Origin: Mantamonas sphyraenae STR306
Taxonomy: Eukaryota > Protista > CRuMs
Length of the DNA stretch: 64,000 nucleotides
Assembly (NCBI GenBank): GCA_026936335.1
Contig: JAPMXV010000067.1
Span: forward strand, 124,001 to 188,000
Direction of reading: 5' to 3'
Part shown: in pieces, positions 55,938 through 64,000 of the stretch
Position numbering within the stretch: the first letter of the stretch is position 1
Layout of the letters: the number at the start of each line of letters is the position of its first letter
Position numbers and translations under genes: made by a program
Notes under the pieces: model-generated
What the model saw: the letters and a program-made list of their open reading frames with translations, nothing else
Databases searched by the model: none
Told to the model about the DNA's origin: nothing

Positions 55938-58535
55938 TCAAGGGCGGACGACGCCATCGCCAGCCACAAAGCGCATGGCATTGACCACCATACGAAGGCC
56001 GTCGCCGGACGCAGGATGGTACTGGCTGCCACACGAGGACGTGTAGGGGACAAAGTTGAGTGCGGCGGTGGCGTAGCGGCCTCGGATGTCCTTGACCACC
56101 ACAAGGGGAGTGCCATCTTGCCAGCGTGCAAGAAGCAGGGAGCGCACGCCCGGTTGGCATTCGTCGCGCAGACAGGCGGTGCCACTGTCAAACAGTTCCA
56201 CATCGTCGGTGATGGGATGCGGACGCACCTTGCGCATGGCAACGTGCTTGCCTGCGTGCACACTCTCCACGCCTGCAATCACGGGCGAGTAGCCGTCGGC
56301 AGAGAAGCGTCCCATGAGATGGTAGCCGCGGCGCGTGGCGTGCGTGGCAATCACCACCCCTCCGCCGGCATCCACGTAGTCGGCCAACACATCACCCAGC
56401 TCAAACCGGGACGCAATCGGCTGGTTGACAAAGAACAACACTGCGTCGTAGACAATCAGATCGCCCAATTGGGGCACTGTGTCCAGCACGTCCATCACGT
56501 CCACCTTGTGCACCCCGAGCTCACGCATCTCCTGTTTCAACACAAGCTCCGCCCCATCCCCCATCACCGTCGTAAGCACAAGGAAGCGTGCCTTGTGCAA
56601 CGCCACCATCTGTTGCACACTCTTGCTAACCGCATCCTCCTCTCCAATCGACGAAGCCGACGAGGTGGACGACGAGGTGGTTGGATGATCACCGTTCCGC
56701 TCCTCCCAGGCATGCTCCTCGTCGTCCACATCCACAACGATCTCATCATCCTCATCGTCGTCACTCAGATGCGAAAACAGATGGCTGGTGGCCCAGCTGT
56801 ACTCGCTGACTAGGTCGTTGGGATCGTTGTCCCTGTCGCTGGGCAACCCCACTTGATTCTTGGTGGCAATTTCTTCCAGCGGGATGGTCCATGCCGTACC
56901 ACGCTGTTTGGGCAGCCTCGTATCCTTGTCATGGACCTGTTCCATGTCGAGTGGAGGCACCATGGGCATCACCGAGCCCGTACGAGCGTCCTGGTCCTCC
57001 TGCGATTGCCTGGCACGCACACGTTTCCCTTGCCGCTGCTCCTGCCGTTGGATGCGCTCTTTCGCTGCGTCACTCTGTCTTTGCTTCTGCAGAGCACGCG
57101 GGCGTCCCACAAACGGACTGCCCTGCACAGAGTCGGGCGAGGAAACGAGTGCGTAAATGTCGACGAGCTCCAGGGGCGGCAGTACGTCCCTAGGCCTGAC
57201 CACATCCGTCACCTCTTGTGTGCTCATGAGTGGGAAGCGTATTTTGAAGCGCAGCATGCCCAGCTTGTCAGCCATCTGGGCACTGGTGACGTTGAAGTGG
57301 CCGTCCAGCCACAGCTGGTGTTCGCACCAGTGCATCACAGCCGTAAACAGGTCCACCTCCTCAATGGTCAATGCATCGCTGTCCAACACCATTGCCAGGC
57401 AGTCGCGAGACAACTCGAGCCAACCCTGCGTGAGGACGACGTCGCGTGTCTCACGTCCAATCACTCGCAAACACTCCTGCATCATGGTCCTGTGGTCGCT
57501 CTCGTAGGTGCGCTGGAGCACCTGACACACGTTGTCCACACCCGTGGGCACATGAGATCCCTTTCTTCCCTTGCTTCCCTTACTGCTGCCACTGCTGCTT
57601 CTGCTGCTGCTGCTATGGCTGCTGCTTCGGTTGGATTCGGATTCGTCGCCCACAAAGGCGAGACAGAGAGCACGTAGGCCAGGCAGGGCAAAGAGTTCGC
57701 TTGCATCCATGACTTGCATGCAATTGTCTACGTCAATGGGTGCGTCGTCTGTGTACACGTAGCTGTGGATGGCGTCAAAGGTGTCGTCGTCGACTTGCGG
57801 CACACGAACAACCGTCACGTTCCCCCCACCGACGTGTTGGCGATCGTGCCAATGTAGCACACCCGCCTCCACAAGCATGTCCTCAAATACATGCGAACGT
57901 GCTGCAAACACACACGCATGGCTGCGGATGCGCGTGTGCGAGTCGAGTTCAAACACGACGTCGTAGCCCAACGCCGTGCGTCGCAGCTGTTCCAGCATAG
58001 CATACACCCCGTGCTCGCCCACCTCCTCTCTTGCCTCTTGTGTCCCTTTGTGCTGCGCACCCTGTGTACCCCGTGTCGCTTGCCCCGTCTGCCGGCTCTT
58101 CCCGCCAAACGACCTGCCACTGCCCCCGCTGCTCCCGTGCACACTCCGCTCGCTGGATTGGCCACTGCCCACGCTACCCTTGGATGATGCGGTTGTACGT
58201 ACGACGCGTGTGGTCTGTGCGTGGCGTGGTGCACGTGCTGACGAGGTGGAGGAGGACGAGTGGTTGAGTGTGCGACGCGTTCGATGCGGCTCGCCGCTGC
58301 CGCCTCCTCCGGCCAGCACAATGGACGACTGCAGATGCGATCTGTGCTGCCCAAATGCACTGCGTCGTGTGCTCCCTACAACCCCGCTGCCTGGCCCCAT
58401 CTCCTCGTCCTCGGACACAGGACTGGCCAGACCGTTGTCAGCCGAAGTCTGCTGCGCCACCGCACGACGCCCACCCCTCCGCCGGGTGTCAAACTCGTCG
58501 TCCCGCGCGAAATTCCTACGTGCAACCCAATCCAT
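55938..58535 (-). CDS. BTB/POZ-BACK protein with C-terminal class I glutamine-amidotransferase-like domain; possible extra 5' exon via intron 58516-58609
   Basis: DVVFEL..SHACVFAARSHVFEDML..YVYTD (BTB). LTIEEVDLFTAVMHW..IRFPLMS (BACK). YDAVLFF..LGDVLADYVDAGGGVV..HPI..ARWQDGTPL (GATase-like). Confidence 0.82.
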   Translation of the reverse strand: MDWVARRNFARDDEFDTRRRGGRRAVAQQTSADNGLASPVSEDEEMGPGSGVVGSTRRSAFGQHRSHLQSSIVLAGGGGSGEPHRTRRTLNHSSSSTSSARAPRHAQTTRVVRTTASSKGSVGSGQSSERSVHGSSGGSGRSFGGKSRQTGQATRGTQGAQHKGTQEAREEVGEHGVYAMLEQLRRTALGYDVVFELDSHTRIRSHACVFAARSHVFEDMLVEAGVLHWHDRQHVGGGNVTVVRVPQVDDDTFDAIHSYVYTDDAPIDVDNCMQVMDASELFALPGLRALCLAFVGDESESNRSSSHSSSSRSSSGSSKGSKGRKGSHVPTGVDNVCQVLQRTYESDHRTMMQECLRVIGRETRDVVLTQGWLELSRDCLAMVLDSDALTIEEVDLFTAVMHWCEHQLWLDGHFNVTSAQMADKLGMLRFKIRFPLMSTQEVTDVVRPRDVLPPLELVDIYALVSSPDSVQGSPFVGRPRALQKQRQSDAAKERIQRQEQRQGKRVRARQSQEDQDARTGSVMPMVPPLDMEQVHDKDTRLPKQRGTAWTIPLEEIATKNQVGLPSDRDNDPNDLVSEYSWATSHLFSHLSDDDEDDEIVVDVDDEEHAWEERNGDHPTTSSSTSSASSIGEEDAVSKSVQQMVALHKARFLVLTTVMGDGAELVLKQEMRELGVHKVDVMDVLDTVPQLGDLIVYDAVLFFVNQPIASRFELGDVLADYVDAGGGVVIATHATRRGYHLMGRFSADGYSPVIAGVESVHAGKHVAMRKVRPHPITDDVELFDSGTACLRDECQPGVRSLLLARWQDGTPLVVVKDIRGRYATAALNFVPYTSSCGSQYHPASGDGLRMVVNAMRFVAGDGVVRP

Positions 58536-58682
58536 GTGTGCATGTGTCAGTGCAACGGGGAGAGAAAAAGAGAGAGAGAGAGAATGGGTGTGGGTGGGTT
58601 TTGACGTACATGTCACAGCTGAAAGGGAAACCGTTGCATTGCATTGCGCATGTGACGAGAAGAAGAGAGCAATGGGGATTGC

Positions 58683-61562
58683 TCACCAGTCGTCTTCAGG
58701 AACCTCCACCTCCTCCACGTTGGCCTTGCCCTTGCCCTTGGCAGCCTTTGCGTTCTCGTCGGCGGCAGCAGGGGTCAGGGAACCACCTTCGCGCTCCATC
58801 AGCTCCAGCTCCTCGTTGTCCTCTTCGTCCTCAGACGACTCCTCTTCCTCCTCGGCAGGCTTGCATCGAGCGTACAGATCGACGCAGCATTCCTTGACGG
58901 CGGGGGCCCCAAAGAAGCAGAACCAGAGAAAGATGCAGGCCATGGCCCACAGCTGTCCACCGGGCGCATTGGTCGGGTCGGGCTGGCTGCGGTTCAGGTA
59001 GTAAGCCACAAAGCCAGCCGAAAGCCAGCCACGTGGCCAGGGCCTGGAAGAAGCCGCGCAGACGTTGCACCTTTGTCTGCGAGCAATTCTCTCCCGTCAC
59101 AGTCTTGAGCGTGACGATGCCCGACACGAAACAGTAGTTGGCCAGGAAGAGGGTAACGTTGGAGCTGAAAAAGTTGGCAATGAGAGCAATCTCAAACTTG
59201 GCCTGGGCCACAAAAACCATGTAGCTGGGCTTGAAGACAATCTGCAGCTCATCCTCGTCCTTGCGCTCCTGCCACACGGGCGGTGTGAGCACGGCAAACG
59301 GGTAGTAAATGAAGAGGACGACCAGGGCAGGCAGGGCGTAGAACCAGTGCAGTCCGGTCCAGTCCCAACAGATCATCGGTTCGCCGTTGCCCAGGTTGGG
59401 CACGGCATCCAGCGTGGGCGGACGAGGCTGACCGTTGGGACCTTGGCCAAACGTGCATGCAAGTCCACCAAACAGGATGGTGATGAGGGGCAGGAAGAGG
59501 AGGCCCGAACCGTACTCGATAAAGGTGAACCAACCCTTGAGATGGGTGCGCACAAAGCGAATGTTGTGCTGGGACATCTCAAGCATGAGGCGACACACGC
59601 TGGCCAACAGGATGGCCGACCAGAAGCGCAGGTTGAACTTGAGAAAGTCAGCCTGGGGTGTGATGTCGGCCGGGTTGGCAAACAGGAAGCGCGAGTCAAA
59701 GTCCAGGAGGAACAACCGGGCGGTGTTGGACAGGAAGGGATTCCAGGGTCCTCCGGGCCGAAAGACAAAGGAACTGAGCTGGAGAAACTCGACGACAATG
59801 CCCACAACGACCATGATGTTTGTGATGCTGTTCCAGCGGATGGGTTCGTTCTTGTTGCGCAGCCACGTGGCTTGGAACACATGCATCTTCTTCGCAAAGA
59901 GCACGTAGCAGGGAACGAGGAATTGGATGCCCAGGAAGAGCGAGAGCATGGGCGAGAGCACAAAGCGTTGCACCATGGGCGGCTGGTTGGTGAGGGAGAC
60001 GAGGATGACCAAGGCCAGGAAAAGAAAGGCAAGGATGTCCATGACGAGCAGCTTGCGCTTGGTGAGACTGGAGCGGATGAAGTAGGCCGGAAGGAAGAAG
60101 GAGTTGGTGAAGGAGTTGTCACGGGTTTCTACGACAGCCAGCTTGGAGAGACCGTCGAGGGACGGAGGCAGGTAGCTGACGCTGTTTTCGTGGATGTAGA
60201 GCTCGTGGAGATTGGAGAGGGAGCCCATCTCCTTGGGCAGGACGCTGAGCTGGTTGTCGTAGGCGTAGAGGGACTCGAGAGCCTGCAACTGGCCAATCTG
60301 GCGTGGGAGGGAAGTGAGCTTGTTGTGGGCAACACTGAGCTCGCGCAGATTCTGCAGGGAGCACACCTCTGTTTGCAGTTCGGCAAGCTCGTTGTGGTGG
60401 AGGGAGAGGACACAGAGCTGCTGGAAATTGCCGACGTCGGGCGGGAGGCGCACGAGGCGGTTGTTGGCAAGGAAGAGCTTGCGGAGCTCGACGAGGTTGC
60501 CAATCTCGCGAGGGAGGTAGGAGATGAAGTTTTCGTTGAAGTAGAGCTCCTCGAGAGAGGTCATGTCGCAGACGCACTTGGGAAACTCTACAAACTGGTT
60601 GTGGATGAGATCGAGGACCTCGAGCCTCTGCAGGTCGCGAAAGTCACGAGGCAGGGCGGTGAGTTTGTTGTGACCAAAGCGCAGCTCTTTGAGGTACTCG
60701 AGATTGCCCAGCTCGGCGGGGGCCTTGTTGAGGAAGTTGTGGGAGAAGTTGGCTTTGACCAGCTTGGACATGTTGCCGATCTTGTAGGTGAGCAGGGTGA
60801 GACGGTTGCTGGACAAGTCGAGGTGAGTGATGTTTTCCAGCTCGCCAATGGTGTCTGGCAGGATGGCAATCTCGTTGTTGGAGAGATCCAACGAGGTGAG
60901 ACTGGTCAGTTCGCCAAATGTGTCGCTGTCGTACGTGGAGTGCATGGTTACGCGGCAACATGAGTGTGAGCATGGGCCAGAGGGAGACGTGGACAAGGAT
61001 GGGGCGGTGGAACGCAATGGTGGGCTGTGGTGAGGGCGTGGCAGGCAGACAAACGTACGGGAGCTCGCCGATTCGGTTCAGGGACAGATCCATGGTTGTG
61101 GCGCGCACGAGCCTCTTGACGGTGGGAGGGACCTCGAGGATGTTCAAACGGCTGGCAGTGACCTTTGTGGCGCCAGTGTTGCTGTGTGAAGGGGATGCCA
61201 TGGCGTGTGGATGTGCAGGTGAGTGTGAGGGAGACATGCGTAGACTCTGGCGTGGTGGCGGTGGCGACCCAGAGGCAGGAGGGGATGGAGAGGGACGGAC
61301 GAGGCGAGAAAGGGACATCGACGGAAGGGATGTGTGGATGGGACGGAGTGGACAGGTGCTGCATGACGTACCCAGCCACTTTGAGGCGGTTTCCAACGGT
61401 GCCCTCGATGCCCTGGATGGGCGTGACCCAGCGGCTGATGGGCTTTGCTTCCTGTTCAGCCTTGCCCTTGTCCTTGTTCTTGTTTGCTTGGCCTTGTTCG
61501 ACGTCGGCCGAGTCGTCGGAGGCTGCGTTGTCGCTGCCACGGTTGCCGAGAAGGGATTTCAT
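58683..61562 (-). CDS. LRR + multi-TM protein; introns 61182-61371 and 60926-61058; apparent frameshift near 59010-59030
   Basis: About 13 LxxLxLxxNxLxxLP repeats followed by ~9-11 TM helices. The natural-looking acidic C-tail (..VAYYLNR..EDDW*) lies in the adjacent frame. Confidence 0.78.
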
Positions 61563-61717
61563 CGAGCTGACTTGGGCTGGGCCGGGTGGCGAGCTGAGCA
61601 CGTGAGATGGGATGATGAGATGGGATGGATTGGGAAGGAAGGTTGGATGTGTGGATGGGAATGGAAGCGTAGGATGGTGAAGGACTGGGTGCGCAGCGTC
61701 AGCCAGCAAAAACCAAG

Positions 61718-64000
61718 ATGGGCAACGCACAAGGCCAGCCCGGACAAGAAGGGCAGCTGAGGGCGCAAATGGAGGGCCCACCGACAGCCATCTCGGTGGC
61801 AAACACACAAGATTTGTATCCGTCACTGGCACGAGAGCAGCGACGGATGGGCATGGGTGGAGAGGCCGGTGGCCGGGAAGCGGTGGGAAACGAGGCCGGT
61901 GGGAACGCGTACATGGAGTATTTGACAGGCAACGGGGGCCAAGTGCAGGGGAACACAAACGCACAGGGCCAAGCACAAGAGGGATACGCGGTCCCAGTGG
62001 CGTCTGTGGGAGGCGTGGACCAAGGTAAGGACGGGTGCAGTGGGAAAAGACGGCGACGGGGTTTGCTGTGTGTTGTTGCTGGACAACGTGCGTCCACGAG
62101 TGGCGAGGGCGGCTTCAGGACGCATGTACATGTGCACAGGGCACACTGGAGGGATGTGTGGTGCACGTGTGCGGGGTGATTAAGCGATGGGAAAGGTGTG
62201 ACGTGCACGGAGCGGTGGGACGGCGTGTGGCAGTTTCCCACCGGCGCTTCTGGCTAACACTCACAACCTTTTTGCCCACGGACACACAACACGTGACACA
62301 AACGGCGGGTGTGCCTGACGTGTGTTGGACTCGACGACACGCCAATTGTGTGGGGTGGTGTGGTGGCACAGCAAGCCAAGCAGAGATGGAGGACACGCTG
62401 TGCAGCATGTTTCCTGCACACAAGCGGGAAAGGATCGCCCAAATCTTGACGCTGGTGCACTACGACTTTGACCAGGCGGTGACGCTTCTGTATATGCCGC
62501 GGAACCAGGGCGGTGTGCAGGGCAACGAGGACGCAGGAGCAGTGGAGGCACAAGTGGTTGTGTCGGGACACGGGAACGGCGGGCCGGTGACGGCAATTCC
62601 GTTTGCCCAAAGCGGAAACGGACATGGCGGGGCGGGGACACACACAGTGCAGGCGTACCCTGTGGGCGAGGATGGGACGGGCATTCGTGTGGACGAGCAC
62701 GGATGGCAGATGGTGGAGGGGACGGACGCAGCTGGGAGCGAGGAAGGCGAGGAATGGGCGCCCCGGCGGAGTTCGGGGTTCTGCGGGCCCCGATCGATGA
62801 ACGGTGCCGGAGCAGGCGGATGCGACTTTGAACGGCTCAAGCGCAAGCTGGGCCTGGCGAAAGAGGACAGTAGTGTGGATAGCGTGTCGTCACATGGCTC
62901 CAACAGCAGCAGCGGCAGCGGCTCGGGCAGGGAAGGCGGCGGGCGTCACTCGCGGCACCACAGCCGAAGCAACAGCAACAGCAGCAATGGCGGGAATGTG
63001 TTTCCGGCAATGATGAGTGGGGTTCCGTTGCGAACGGCGATTGAACAACGGCGCGGGAGCAGTGCGAGCAGCAGCAGCAGCAGCAGCAACAGCAACAACG
63101 GCAACAGCAACAGTGGATGGAGCCTTGGATTGGGTGGTGGGAACAGCAGTAGCAGTGGCAAGGGCAGGCGTGAGTTGAGCCCCGAGCAACTGGAGCATTT
63201 GTACAACTTTGGGTTTGTGGTGGTGCCGGGGGCAGTGGAGGGCAAGTATGTGCGTGCTGCAAAGCGTGCCATCAACGCAAGCCTGGGCAAGGGTATGGAC
63301 AGGAGCGGAATGGAAAAGGCAAAGAAGAGCACATTCTGCCCGGAACTGGTGACGAAGCAGGTGATCACGGACCTGATGAAGGCAAGCGGGGCGTCGGAGT
63401 ATGTGGAGAGTGCAGCAGGGAGGCTGAACCCAATCTGGGGTGGGCAGGTGGCACTGCGCTTCCCAGGCGACTTTTGCGGCTTGGATGGGAAGAACACAGA
63501 CGACGCCTTTACGCCGGCGCCGTGGTGGGACAAGGCGTGGCACATCGACGGATGGGGAGAGGACAAGATGCGAGAGTACCTGAAGCAGTATCAGGAGACG
63601 GGACAGGTGGAGTTGGACTCGTTCACGTGCCTAGCCGGCGTGATGTTGAACGACGTGGACGAAGATTTCTCGGGCAACCTGACGGTGTACCCGGGCACAC
63701 ACCACCAGCTGTCACAGTTTTTCAACGCACACGACACAGAAACGACCCTGAAGCTTGCGCTGGAGGGATTGCAGGAGGGGTTGGATTTGCCGACGCCTGT
63801 GCAAATCAAGGCAAAGGCGGGCGACCTTGTGATTTGCCACTACATGCTGGCACACACGGTGGCACCCAACTGCAGCGACGACGTACGATACGCAGTGTAC
63901 TTTCGACTGACCAACCGTGCGTTTGAAAACAGCATGCGCAGCGTGACGGGCACGCTGTGGAACGGGTGGGATGGCATTGCGCCGTTTGAAGAGAATGGAA
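61718..64000 (+). CDS. CUE-like ubiquitin-binding domain + PhyH-family 2OG-Fe(II) dioxygenase, 3'-partial; intron 62025-62371
   Basis: Read by eye, as the ORF runs off the window. CUE-like LCSMFPAHKRERIAQILTLVHYDFDQAVTLL. PhyH-like LSPEQLEHLYNFGFVVVPGAV, WHIDG, GNLTVYPGTH and AGDLVICHYMLAHTVAPN..RYAVYFR. Confidence 0.8.

Overview
This is gene-dense, GC-rich eukaryotic (probably protist) nuclear DNA with short GT-AG spliceosomal introns and very short intergenic spacers. I found no rRNA, tRNA, CRISPR array or recognisable transposase. The single-copy genes are: UDP-glucose pyrophosphorylase, two Cys-rich/7TM receptor-like proteins, a double-SH3 SNX9-like sorting nexin, a degenerate MoxR-like AAA protein, two F-box/multi-TM paralogues, a KIF21-like kinesin-4 with a WD40 tail, an MLO-family protein fused to four EF-hands, an atypical Ras-like GTPase, a YhhN/TMEM86 protein, MRD1/RBM19, a BTB-BACK protein, an LRR-multi-TM protein and a CUE-PhyH dioxygenase fusion. 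The standout is a ~19 kb tandem array (~33.3-52.6 kb) of five ~3975-bp units. Each unit carries a 3-exon gene (~747 aa) with a variable helical header, a PD-(D/E)xK nuclease-like domain and a protein kinase, the same architecture as Crinkler/CR effectors and fungal Spok spore killers. The units also carry a captured copy of the kinesin WD40 3' end (four near-complete copies and one eroded remnant). The array is an inverted copy of the 19.8-22.7 kb locus, where a sixth gene copy keeps an open frame and the nuclease motif but has cleanly lost its kinase domain. This suggests a possible toxin/antidote or effector-diversification system. All gene models were spliced by eye and all family calls come from motif recognition, not database searches.
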